From: Prochlorococcus marinus subsp. pastoris str. CCMP1986
Lineage (GTDB): Bacteria > Cyanobacteriota > Cyanobacteriia > PCC-6307 > Cyanobiaceae
NCBI RefSeq assembly: GCF_000011465.1
Contig: NC_005072.1
Coordinates: forward strand, 810,001-842,000
Direction: 5' to 3'
DNA length: 32,000 bases
Shown: positions 7,924-16,384 of the stretch, one piece after another
Layout of the letters: the number at the start of each line of letters is the position of its first letter
Numbering within the stretch: position 1 is the first letter of the stretch
Translations under genes and position numbers: made by a program
Notes under the pieces: model-generated
Seen by the model: the letters and a program-made list of their open reading frames with translations, nothing else
Databases searched by the model: none
Told to the model about the DNA's origin: nothing

Positions 7924-8061
7924 TTAATATCCGATTTTATTTTTTGGATCAGTTATGAAAATAATAAGATTAAGAACTAGATTGGCAGGAAAATTAAGTG
8001 GCTTTAGAAGAAGTAAAACCATTCCCTGAGTTACATTAAAATCCATACCTTCTTTGGTCAT
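7924..8061 (-). CDS. Small hydrophobic protein, 45 aa
   Basis: Hand translation checked: MTKEGMDFNVTQGMVLLLLKPLNFPANLVLNLIIFITDPKNKIGY. Confidence 0.3.
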   Translation of the reverse strand: MTKEGMDFNVTQGMVLLLLKPLNFPANLVLNLIIFITDPKNKIGY

Positions 8062-8171
8062 ATTTGTATGATGCCAAAAACTATAAATTGTATCTAGCTG
8101 TTCTTATTAAAACTATAGATTTATATTATGGTTGTATAACATAGTGCAATAAAGTATTAGTTATGTTCGAT

Positions 8172-8243
8172 GCCGATATAGCTCAGCGGTAGAGCAACTG
8201 TCTCGTAAACAGTAGGTCATCGGTTCAATTCCGATTATCGGCA
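8172..8243 (+). tRNA. tRNA-Thr (anticodon CGU), no encoded CCA
   Basis: Hand-folded cloverleaf of 72 nt. Acceptor stem GCCGATA/TATCGGC, D arm GCTC-AGCGGTA-GAGC, anticodon stem ACTGT/ACAGT with loop CTCGTAA, T arm ATCGG-TTCAATT-CCGAT. Confidence 0.9.
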
Positions 8244-8477
8244 TTTAAATTTCAGGTATTAGTAGTAATTGATTTTCGATATAAAGTAATACTTAATTAT
8301 CTCTTTTTTTTTTAATTTTCAAAAGCTAAATCTTTTATCAGCAATATGAAAAATAAAATAATCCATAAACGGGAGCAGTCTAAATACACTTAGAGCTACT
8401 TAAGCTCATGCCATTTTAGGAGCTTATGTTGTTATGACTGCCAACTTTTGGAGTAATGCAAGTAGTACTAAAAATTT

Positions 8478-8726
8478 TTAAAAATAGCTCTTAAATATAC
8501 TGGTCTTCCTCCATCCGTCCTCCAATAACTGCTTATATTCCTTTCTTGCATCTTCAATGGATTCTACTCTTGAACCTTTGATAACTGGTTTACTTGATCT
8601 TTTATATACACAAGCATATTTAATTTCCATTGCATTAATAGTGGGAGAAGGTTTACTAACATCCTCGAATGGCTTAAATATTTTTATTCGATCTCTCTTC
8701 TTATTTATTAAAGTAAATTCCTCCAT
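8478..8726 (-). CDS. 82-aa protein with C-terminal LL..GWRKT motif, paralog of 6587-6823
   Basis: EDARKEYKQLLEDGWRKT aligns with DLAREIYERLLSQGWRKT. The N-terminal ME..LIN is also shared. Confidence 0.55.
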   Translation of the reverse strand: MEEFTLINKKRDRIKIFKPFEDVSKPSPTINAMEIKYACVYKRSSKPVIKGSRVESIEDARKEYKQLLEDGWRKTSIFKSYF

Positions 8727-8990
8727 ATGAAGTTTGCTGAAATTAGCCCTCTTTATTTTTATAGCGATAGACTTTTAGAGTGGCAAGACAAGTCTCGTTT
8801 GAGATAGTCAAGAGACTCAAAAATAATAATTTTTTCTTGCTTTCTCGCGATCAGCATTTATTTTATCCATTTAAAAATTCAGTTGTTGATCCTCAATCCG
8901 TATATGGGAGTACCTCAAACCGTACATTTATTTTAGTCTGATGATTAGTCTTCCTAGTTAGAACATAGTAGTAGCAGTCATGAGTTCAAA

Positions 8991-9176
8991 ATGTCCTCAA
9001 CACCAATCAAATCTTGTAAAAAATATGTACTAAGTTACAAAGATTCATCAAACAGTACACATCAATTAGGATTCTATGCTCGCGATGCTTACGATTGCCT
9101 GATTCTTGCAAGAGAATTTAATTCTTACGTTCATGATCATCCACGATCGGTGGTCAGAATCCAACAAAAATTTTGA
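8991..9176 (+). CDS. Hypothetical 61-aa protein
   Basis: ORF-track ORF with an ATG start. I recognise no family. Confidence 0.4.
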   Translation: MSSTPIKSCKKYVLSYKDSSNSTHQLGFYARDAYDCLILAREFNSYVHDHPRSVVRIQQKF

Positions 9177-9183
9177 GATTATT

Positions 9184-9372
9184 ATGAATTTAAAAACATC
9201 ACCATCCGCAATTCAAGATAAGAAATTAAGGGATCTTGATCTTGCAAAAGAATATCCGACTCTTAAAGATTTAATGAAAGAACAGGGAGTTTCAAATGAC
9301 TTATCAGATTACTGGGATAATGAATGTGAATTGAATCCATCCAACCCACATTGCTTGGAATACGACGATTAG
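9184..9372 (+). CDS. Hypothetical acidic 62-aa protein (start moved to ATG 9184)
   Basis: MNLKTSPSAIQDKK...DYWDNECELNPSNPHCLEYDD. The track's TTG start at 9106 would overlap the preceding ORF by 71 nt. Confidence 0.45.
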   Translation: MNLKTSPSAIQDKKLRDLDLAKEYPTLKDLMKEQGVSNDLSDYWDNECELNPSNPHCLEYDD

Positions 9373-9488
9373 CTCAATAGCGATCAGCCTCTTACTTAGT
9401 TCATATCAATTATTTTAGTATTTTCTACTTATTGAAACTAATAATTTTTCTAACTAGAATTCTAAAAATTATAAATTTGGGGAAATTT

Positions 9489-9632
9489 ATGAGTGGAGAT
9501 TATGAGACATTAGAAAAGAATCAACCTAAGATTTCTTATTTTAAAAAAAGATCAGAAGATACTACTTTATGGTTAAATGAAATGATTAATAAGATTGAAG
9601 ATATGAAGAACAAAGTATCTGATGCTGCTTAA
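9489..9632 (+). CDS. Hypothetical 47-aa protein (ATG 9489; the track ORF starts at TTG 9432)
   Basis: MSGDYETLEKNQPKISYFKKRSEDTTLWLNEMINKIEDMKNKVSDAA. A GGGGA Shine-Dalgarno-like sequence lies 6 nt upstream of the ATG. Confidence 0.4.
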   Translation: MSGDYETLEKNQPKISYFKKRSEDTTLWLNEMINKIEDMKNKVSDAA

Positions 9633-9739
9633 TAAATGACGAATAAAGTCTAATCTCTTTTATATCTTTTCTTTTCCTTCAAATAAATGTAAGAAAAAAT
9701 CTAAGATTAAAACTATTAACATCAAAAAGTTCATTAAAA

Positions 9740-9813
9740 TGTCAATGGGCGGATTTGAACCGCCGACCGCGACGATATGAATGTCGTGCTCTAACCAACT
9801 GAGCTACATTGAC
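9740..9813 (-). tRNA. tRNA with anticodon CAU, probably elongator tRNA-Met (lysidine tRNA-Ile2 not excluded)
   Basis: Hand-folded cloverleaf of 74 nt. Acceptor stem GTCAATG/CATTGAC, D arm GCTC-AGTTGGTTA-GAGC, anticodon arm CGACA-TTCATAT-CGTCG with an A31-C39 mismatch, T arm GGCGG-TTCAAAT-CCGCC. The G1-C72 pair and the lack of a GGG/CCC anticodon stem argue against an initiator. Confidence 0.85.
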
Positions 9814-10327
9814 GTGAATTATATCTTACTATTTCATTGCATTATTGAGCAATTATTTATTTAATTTCGACTGAATCAAAAAGTATATTTTTAAATTATT
9901 TTTTTTCAATCTTTGATATTTCTTTAAATATACGTCCATATCATTTCTAATATTATTCGCTGCTTTTACATTGTTTAGATGTTTCCATTCTTTTTCTGTA
10001 GCTTATCCCATAGCCCATGTATGACATAAATACATACTGACTGCTAATGAGTACCGTCTTCGTACTCTCTCAGTTTATCTCAGGTTCAGAAGCAATCTAA
10101 TCTTGAATATAACTTCTATTCCTTTCATTTAACAATCCACCAATTGTAGTCTTTTTACGCAAATTCCTAAATAAGTTTGTCTGTTATCAAGATCCCATTG
10201 AATTGTATTATTTAATTAGCATATTAGTATTGCCTAGAATTCTAAAGTAATACTTATGATATTGATGAAATTATTCTAGTAAATGATATTTATCTATCCA
10301 ACCTAAAAAGTTCAAGCATGAGTTGCC

Positions 10328-10810
10328 TTAGTTAGCATTTTTAGAATTTATCTGTTTATAAGCTTCATATATAGCTATTCCACACGCTACGGATAAATTT
10401 AGACTCCTTACACCTTTGGGATCATTATTCGATAACGCCACTTTGGGCATAAATATTGATATTAATGAATTACTAGCGTTAATAATATTATTAGGTAATC
10501 CAGTGTCTTCCCTACCAAATAATAATATATCGTCTTCGTGAAATCTAAAGTCTTTCAAGTAAACCCCATTTTTTTTGCTAAAGGCAATAATTCTTTTATT
10601 TTTTTTTGAATCTTTAAAGTTATTAAAGTTAGAATAATTTTTTAATTTTACTAACGGCCAATAATCTAGACCAGCTCTTTTTAAATATTTATCTTCTAAT
10701 TTAAAACCTAAAGGCTCGATTAAATTTAATGTGATATCAAAAGCAGCACAAGTTCTGGCTATACTCCCTGTATTTTGAGGAATCCTTGGTTCAAAAAGTG
10801 AAATTTCCAA
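10328..10810 (-). CDS. trmL: SpoU/TrmL-type tRNA (cytidine/uridine-2'-O)-methyltransferase (TTG start)
   Basis: The 160-aa size and LFEPRIPQNTGSIARTCAAF...LIEPLGF..EDKYLKRAGLDYW match the TrmL (YibK) family. SLNLSVACGIAIYEA is the C-terminal SPOUT knot motif. Confidence 0.85.
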   Translation of the reverse strand: MEISLFEPRIPQNTGSIARTCAAFDITLNLIEPLGFKLEDKYLKRAGLDYWPLVKLKNYSNFNNFKDSKKNKRIIAFSKKNGVYLKDFRFHEDDILLFGREDTGLPNNIINASNSLISIFMPKVALSNNDPKGVRSLNLSVACGIAIYEAYKQINSKNAN

Positions 10811-10813
10811 TTT

Positions 10814-11362
10814 CTAAGTAGGTATTTCAATACTTATGTTATCTAGTTTTATAGCTCTACCATTCAAAGTAAGCCAATTCTCTAGAGAAATCTTAGTAAT
10901 TCTTTTTTGAAGATCTCCAAGCCTCTCTATATATTTATTACCAATTTCATATTCTGAAACCAGACTCCAGCCTACTTGCTCTCCAACAATTAATGTTGTT
11001 TTAACCCTCATTACTAAAAGATCTAAAAGTGAATTAATCATTTTTTCCCATTCCTCATCATTTTTATTGATGCTCTCCATTATAAAACCGCCAATAGAAT
11101 CAATCAGAATTGGACCGTTTTCATTTTTTAATGTATTAATTAGGTTATTTGTCTCAACTAATCCCCACTCCTTTGGCCTTCGTTTACGATGATTATTGAT
11201 CTTTTTTTGCCAATTAATATCTTCGGGTCTTGATTCAGATAATGCTATGTATGTTATTTTACTAATTTTTTTACCCAAATATTCAGCAAATTGGCTCTTC
11301 CCACTCTTTGTACCACCGGTTATAAATATGATATTAGACGAAATATTATCCTTGACTTCCAT
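10814..11362 (-). CDS. cobU: Bifunctional adenosylcobinamide kinase / adenosylcobinamide-phosphate guanylyltransferase
   Basis: The P-loop IIFITGGTKSGKSQFAE and the 182-aa size are typical of CobU/CobP. It lies 3 nt upstream of trmL on the same strand. Confidence 0.8.
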   Translation of the reverse strand: MEVKDNISSNIIFITGGTKSGKSQFAEYLGKKISKITYIALSESRPEDINWQKKINNHRKRRPKEWGLVETNNLINTLKNENGPILIDSIGGFIMESINKNDEEWEKMINSLLDLLVMRVKTTLIVGEQVGWSLVSEYEIGNKYIERLGDLQKRITKISLENWLTLNGRAIKLDNISIEIPT

Positions 11363-11371
11363 AAAAAAATG

Positions 11372-11686
11372 TTATTTAGAGAAATACCACCATGTTGCAA
11401 GTGGTATTAATGTAGCCGCTACTAATAAGCCAATAACAATATAAATTGATGTTGATGAACTCTCGGCGTCAACATCCCTCATTGCATTAAAATTTGGATC
11501 CACTACTGGGTTATCAATAGAAGAAGGTTGACTTTTTTCGTAATTAATAATTGTTTTTTGTTGACCCACTATAAATAAATCACCAACGTTATTAAAACTT
11601 TCTGCATAAGTACTTATTGGTAGTGCAATGAAAAGAAAACCTATCATTACAATTGAAAAAAAAGGTTTATAAATAATTTTTTTCAT
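11372..11686 (-). CDS. Hypothetical exported or membrane-anchored protein, 104 aa
   Basis: N-terminal signal-like segment FFSIVMIGFLFIALPISTYA and C-terminal TM helix IYIVIGLLVAATLIPLATWWYF. Confidence 0.5.
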   Translation of the reverse strand: MKKIIYKPFFSIVMIGFLFIALPISTYAESFNNVGDLFIVGQQKTIINYEKSQPSSIDNPVVDPNFNAMRDVDAESSSTSIYIVIGLLVAATLIPLATWWYFSK

Positions 11687-11797
11687 TTTAGTTTTAGATT
11701 AATTATATAATAATAAACTATAAGCCTGAATTTCTTTGATATAAAAATCAAATATAATTATTAGAACTGATTTTTAAATTTACTATATTATATTTTC

Positions 11798-12424
11798 ATG
11801 AATTTTAATGGTAAAACGTTAATCATTATTGGTTCTATTCTCTTTTTCTTTCAATTAGGGAATTTTTTTTCAATAGATTCAATTTCCCCAGCATTAGAAA
11901 GAGCACAAGTATTATCCGCTATATCATCTGTAATTATTGTATTAATAGGTTTTTTATTTAAGCAATTTAATCCAAATTTAGGAGATAAAGTTAAATTAAA
12001 AGGTGAAAATAAATTTATATTCGAGCCTGATATACCTCGGGATATTTTAGATGAATTGGCATGGGGCACAGAAGCAATATTAACTTCAACAGCCGCGGCT
12101 ACGGTATTAATTCATAATGATGGTAAAAACATCTTAAAAAGAGGTATCACAACGAATAATGTTTTTAAACCTGGTGAAACTTGTAATAGATCTTTAAAAG
12201 ATATGAAATTAATTTCATTAGCAAATACAAAATTTTATCCAGGAAGAGATGAATTTTTCAGTTTCTGCCCAAACGTACCTTCCATCTTAATAATTCCAAT
12301 AAATAGTAAATCTTTCATTTTAATAGGAGGATGGAGTTATAGATGTTTTACTAAGTCAGATGAAAAATGGATTAATAATTGGTCTAAAAAAGTAAATAAT
12401 ATATTTATAAAAAATAGTTTTTAA
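11798..12424 (+). CDS. Conserved cyanobacterial-type membrane protein (possibly CCB2/CCB4 DUF2930-like; tentative)
   Basis: Two N-terminal TM helices are followed by a soluble domain of about 130 aa. The family assignment is from memory of the architecture only. Confidence 0.5.
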   Translation: MNFNGKTLIIIGSILFFFQLGNFFSIDSISPALERAQVLSAISSVIIVLIGFLFKQFNPNLGDKVKLKGENKFIFEPDIPRDILDELAWGTEAILTSTAAATVLIHNDGKNILKRGITTNNVFKPGETCNRSLKDMKLISLANTKFYPGRDEFFSFCPNVPSILIIPINSKSFILIGGWSYRCFTKSDEKWINNWSKKVNNIFIKNSF

Positions 12425-13047
12425 TAATATATTTTAGAACGAACTCTTGCTTCTTTTGATTTGAAATTTACAGATTTATTATCAATATTATAGTAAGCAT
12501 TCTCAGAGTTGATTTCATATCCACTATCTTTGATATTGTCTTTAAATTTATATTTTACAGGATTAAAAAATTCAATAATATTGGTATTTTTTTTTAAAAT
12601 TGCTTTATTCGAGCTTAATGTTACTAGACTATTTTCAAATTTAACATTTCCTATTAATAAATACTCAGAACTTTGAATATTCCAGGTAAAACTATTAGCT
12701 GTTAATTTATCCCCTTCTTGAATAATAGTTTTGACTAATACATTACCATCTAATTCTAATATTTTATTATTATTAGATAATTTTGAATTATCTGAATTTA
12801 TTATATATTCAAGATTATTATCTTTGAATAAATTTATTGTTGTTTCTTTAAGATCAAATGAATTTCTCTCTTTATCGTAGTTAGAATGTGGACTTTTAAT
12901 TGAAATCAATTTTTCTCCCTCTTTAGAGAATATATTCATATTCAAAGTATTAATACTTTGACTTAAATATTTCTCGTCTATTTCCTTATTCTTACATCCA
13001 ATAATTATTATTGGTAATATCAGAAAAAGTTTATACCATTTATTCAT
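12421..13047 (-). CDS. Lipoprotein, possibly LptC/OstA-like (tentative)
   Basis: Lipobox LPIIIIGC sits at the end of a signal peptide. The protein is beta-rich and repetitive, with GNV motifs (LDGNVLV, LIGNVKF). It overlaps the metG stop by 8 nt, which implies co-transcription. Confidence 0.55.
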   Translation of the reverse strand: MNKWYKLFLILPIIIIGCKNKEIDEKYLSQSINTLNMNIFSKEGEKLISIKSPHSNYDKERNSFDLKETTINLFKDNNLEYIINSDNSKLSNNNKILELDGNVLVKTIIQEGDKLTANSFTWNIQSSEYLLIGNVKFENSLVTLSSNKAILKKNTNIIEFFNPVKYKFKDNIKDSGYEINSENAYYNIDNKSVNFKSKEARVRSKIYY

Positions 13048-14575
13048 ATTCGAGCTTTTCTATTACTGGATTTGGTGCTGGTAAAATTGATTCATGTATT
13101 AATTTACCCCAATCTAATTGCTTTTTCCAAGATCCTTTTTCGTTATATAATAAACCGAGTTGCTGATCAATTTTTGAAGATAAATTAGGTAATATAGGTA
13201 ATAATAATAAGCCAACTATTCTAGTACTTTCTAAAACATTATAAATAATATTGCTTACAAGAGGTATATTTTTTTCATCTTTAATTAATGTCCAAGGTTG
13301 TTTTTCATTAAGATACAAATTTGTATTAATTGCAAGACTAAGGATTACATTAGCTGCTAAATCTAATTCATAAGAATTAAAATGTCTAAAATAATTCTCA
13401 ACTGTCTTTTTTGCATATAATTCCAGAGAATTATCTTTACTTAACATCTCATTACTTGGAACTCTATTATCAAACCATTTTCTAGACATCGAAGAGGTTC
13501 TATTTAATAAATTTCCAATTGTATTTGCCAAATCGTTATTGATGATATCCACGAATCTTTTATTTTGAAAATCACCATCTTGCCCCAATGTAATATCTTT
13601 TAGTAGATACCATCTAACAGCTTCTTTACCGTATTTTGATAATAAAATATCTGGATCTAATACATTTCCTAAGCTTTTACCCATTTTTTGTCCTTCTCTA
13701 GTAAGAAAACCATGACCATAAACCTTTTTAGGCACTTTCATACCGGCGGAAATTAGCATTGCAGGCCAATAGACTGCATGAAACCTGAGAATATCTTTAC
13801 CTATTAAATGAATATCAGCAGGCCAACCATTATCAATTGATTCATCTAATGACGGTTCTTTCATATCAAGGCTTATCGCACTGACATAACCCAGCAAAGC
13901 ATCAAACCAAACATAAAAAGTATGGTTATCAATATCTGGGACTGATATACCCCAAGATACATTTGTTCTTGATATTGAAAAATCTTTTAAACCTTTAGAT
14001 ACGAAATTGATAATTTCATTTCTTCTTTCTTTTGGCTGGATAAATGCAGGCTCTTTAATAAGTTCCTCTATTTGTGATTGATATTTTGACAACTTAAAAA
14101 AAAGATTTTCCTCATTTTTCCATTCCAAAGTTTTTTGATGAATAGGACATTTATGGGTTGGTGAATTATCTGGATTATCTTTAAATTCTTCACAACCAAC
14201 GCAATACCAACCTTTTTGGACTCCCATGTAAATATCGTCTGATTTTTTTACTCTGTTGTAAAATTCTTTAACTATATATTCATGTTTTTGGGAACTTGTT
14301 CTTACGAATTTATTGTGTGTTATGTCCCAATTCTTCCAGTTTTGCTTAAATATATCTGAAATTTCATCACAATGAAATTGAGGTTCAACTCCTTTATTTT
14401 TTGCTGTTCTTTGAATCTTTAGACCATGTTCATCTACTCCGGTAATAAATATCACATCTGCTCCTGTAAGCCTCTTATACCTTGCTATTGAATCACAAAT
14501 CAAAGTAGTATATATACTACCCAAATGAGGTTTATCGTTTACATAATATAACGGTGTAGTAATTACAAAACTCAT
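13040..14575 (-). CDS. metG: Methionyl-tRNA synthetase
   Basis: Class I motifs P-HLGS (HIGH variant) and KMGKS (KMSKS) are present, with zinc-knuckle cysteines CVGCEEF...HKCPIH. Length 511 aa. Confidence 0.95.
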   Translation of the reverse strand: MSFVITTPLYYVNDKPHLGSIYTTLICDSIARYKRLTGADVIFITGVDEHGLKIQRTAKNKGVEPQFHCDEISDIFKQNWKNWDITHNKFVRTSSQKHEYIVKEFYNRVKKSDDIYMGVQKGWYCVGCEEFKDNPDNSPTHKCPIHQKTLEWKNEENLFFKLSKYQSQIEELIKEPAFIQPKERRNEIINFVSKGLKDFSISRTNVSWGISVPDIDNHTFYVWFDALLGYVSAISLDMKEPSLDESIDNGWPADIHLIGKDILRFHAVYWPAMLISAGMKVPKKVYGHGFLTREGQKMGKSLGNVLDPDILLSKYGKEAVRWYLLKDITLGQDGDFQNKRFVDIINNDLANTIGNLLNRTSSMSRKWFDNRVPSNEMLSKDNSLELYAKKTVENYFRHFNSYELDLAANVILSLAINTNLYLNEKQPWTLIKDEKNIPLVSNIIYNVLESTRIVGLLLLPILPNLSSKIDQQLGLLYNEKGSWKKQLDWGKLIHESILPAPNPVIEKLEYE

Positions 14576-14634
14576 AATATTTTTTCCTTATAATAACAAT
14601 TATAAATTGTACAATAGGTCAGTAAAATTTTTAT

Positions 14635-15819
14635 CTAGTGAATAAACTCTAATAAATTATTATTACTTATATTATATTTAACTTTATATATTTTATTAGT
14701 ATAAGTTTCTACAGAAATAAAGAGTACAATCAATAGTTCCAATGAATATTCTGGAAAGTATACTAAAGCAATACCTTTTTTATTATTTATCCATTTTATA
14801 AAGATTATTTTATGGGATGTTTTTATTTCATTCTTAAAGAATATATTTAAATATTTTAATTTATCATTTTTGTAAATATTATTATTTTCTAATTGTTTAA
14901 TTTTTGTGATATCTATTAATTCATTAATCTTATTATGACTTAATCTCTCAATATTATTTATATTATTAAAAACTTGTCTTTGAACAATTAAATCTAAATA
15001 TCTTCTTAGTGGAGACGTACATTGAGTATACTTAAGTAGACCTAACGATTCATGTTTATTAGCCTTAGTAGTTATATAACTTTTACCCATATATTGCTTT
15101 AATATTGAATATTTTATATCACTATCTTTGTATCTTTCTAATATCTCTTCTGCATCACAATTGATTTTATGAGTTCTGTAGGGAGTAGCTATATTATTTT
15201 CAAATAAATATAAACTAGTGACATAACCCATTAGTATCATGGATTCAGATACAATGGAATGAGAAATACTTTTTTGTATATTAATAATTTCTACATTACC
15301 ATTTTTAATATTAATTTTATAACCTGGAGTATCAAAAATAATTGCTCCTTGTTTCTTTCGATAATTAATACTATTAAGTAGTAAATTCTTAATTTCAACT
15401 ATCTCAAATTCTTCTTTAGGTTCTAATTCAATAATTTCTTCTGCATCTTCATATAATAATTGATATTTTGGTTTTATTTTTGCCTCTACTATTTCATATT
15501 TATTAATTGAACCATCATCATTAAAGATAATTGAGGCACTTATTGTATCTGAAATTTTATTTTGATTTAAATTTGCTTTTTCTATAATTTCAGTTGGCAG
15601 CATAGGAATATATTGATTAATTAAGTAGAGGCTGCTACTTTTACTTCTTGCATCAATATCAATTTTTGAATCTGTTAAAAATAATTTGCATGGATTGCTA
15701 ATATGTATCCATAATTTTTTTTTGTTTCCTTCAAATAATTCCAGGGAAAAAGCATCATCAACTTCTTTTGGATCCTTGGAATCAATTATAAAAGTTTTTA
15801 AATTAGTTAAATCTCTCAA
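14635..15819 (-). CDS. rnb: RNB-domain 3'-5' exoribonuclease (RNase II/R family), compact form, TTG start
   Basis: RNB motifs DSKDPKEVDDAFSLE and HESLGLLKYTQCTSPLRRYLDLIVQRQ are present. At 394 aa there is no room for N-terminal cold-shock domains. Confidence 0.8.
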   Translation of the reverse strand: MRDLTNLKTFIIDSKDPKEVDDAFSLELFEGNKKKLWIHISNPCKLFLTDSKIDIDARSKSSSLYLINQYIPMLPTEIIEKANLNQNKISDTISASIIFNDDGSINKYEIVEAKIKPKYQLLYEDAEEIIELEPKEEFEIVEIKNLLLNSINYRKKQGAIIFDTPGYKINIKNGNVEIINIQKSISHSIVSESMILMGYVTSLYLFENNIATPYRTHKINCDAEEILERYKDSDIKYSILKQYMGKSYITTKANKHESLGLLKYTQCTSPLRRYLDLIVQRQVFNNINNIERLSHNKINELIDITKIKQLENNNIYKNDKLKYLNIFFKNEIKTSHKIIFIKWINNKKGIALVYFPEYSLELLIVLFISVETYTNKIYKVKYNISNNNLLEFIH

Positions 15820-15858
15820 ATATTTAAAATATTATTCAAATAACTATTATTTATAAAA

Positions 15859-16080
15859 TTATCCTTCAGGATTCACAAATGGCAATAAAGCAACAATTCT
15901 TGCTCTTTTTACTGCCAATGTTAAATCTCTTTGTTGTTTGGAGGTCAATCCAGTCATTCTTCTTGGTAATATCTTTCCTCTTTCAGTTATGAATTTTTTA
16001 AGAAGCTCAACGTCTTTATAATCGATTGGGTCACCAGGTTTAATTGGGGATAATTGTTTTTTAAAAATGGAATTTGGCAT
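15859..16080 (-). CDS. rpsR: 30S ribosomal protein S18
   Basis: 73 aa. [43 protein letters not shown] is a canonical bS18 sequence. Confidence 0.95.
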   Translation of the reverse strand: MPNSIFKKQLSPIKPGDPIDYKDVELLKKFITERGKILPRRMTGLTSKQQRDLTLAVKRARIVALLPFVNPEG

Positions 16081-16088
16081 TGTTTTTC

Positions 16089-16283
16089 TTATTTAATTTC
16101 TTTGTGAATTGTCATTTTGTTTAGATGTGGATTGAATTTTTTAAGTTCTAATCTTTCAGTAGTATTCCTTTTGTTTTTTTCAGTTGTATATCTGGAAACA
16201 CCATTAGATCTCCTTGGTTCTGAACTTGTTCTAGCTTCAGTACATTCTAAGGTTACGACAACTCTTGTACCTTTTTTCGCCAT
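16089..16283 (-). CDS. rpmG: 50S ribosomal protein L33 (start trimmed to ATG 16283)
   Basis: [64 protein letters not shown], 64 aa. The 20-codon upstream extension in the track is not L33-like. Confidence 0.9.
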   Translation of the reverse strand: MAKKGTRVVVTLECTEARTSSEPRRSNGVSRYTTEKNKRNTTERLELKKFNPHLNKMTIHKEIK

Positions 16284-16384
16284 TTTGATTAATACGTTGT
16301 TGTATAATTTTCTATTGTACAACTTCAAGAAACTATTTTGCATATATTTGCTTTTCTTTTAGTATCATTAGACAAAAATAATAA

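Larger units (their letters stand above)
3530..10327. other. Hypervariable genomic islet: ORFan mini-genes, RHH regulator and two tRNA genes, between core genes ahpC and trmL
   Basis: There is no ORF longer than 122 aa in 6.8 kb, against dense long core genes on both sides. Many ORFs are tiny and single-TM. Two convergent tRNA genes and locally GC-richer non-coding patches are present. The boundaries are approximate. Confidence 0.55.

Noticed and set aside
9106-9183. TTG-initiated extension of ORF 9184-9372
   Set aside because: It would overlap ORF 8991-9176 by 71 nt. An in-frame ATG at 9184 follows the upstream stop by 8 nt and gives a cleaner gene model.
9814-10327. Integrase gene remnant next to tRNA-Met
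   Set aside because: I translated both strands by hand and found no tyrosine-recombinase-like motifs (no R...HxxR...Y pattern). Only short interrupted frames are present, so this cannot be supported.
11196-11444. 82-aa plus-strand ORF overlapping cobU and the neighbouring gene
   Set aside because: It is antisense to the CobU P-loop region and spans a gene junction, so it is a shadow ORF.
11851-12069. 72-aa minus-strand ORF inside 11798-12424
   Set aside because: It is antisense to a longer membrane-protein ORF and has no independent support.
16284-16343. 20-codon N-terminal extension of rpmG in the ORF track
   Set aside because: L33 proteins start at MAKKG, and the extension [20 protein letters not shown] has no L33 similarity. 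I trimmed the start to ATG 16283.
16117-16362. 81-aa plus-strand ORF antisense to rpmG
   Set aside because: It overlaps the clearly identifiable L33 coding sequence on the opposite strand.
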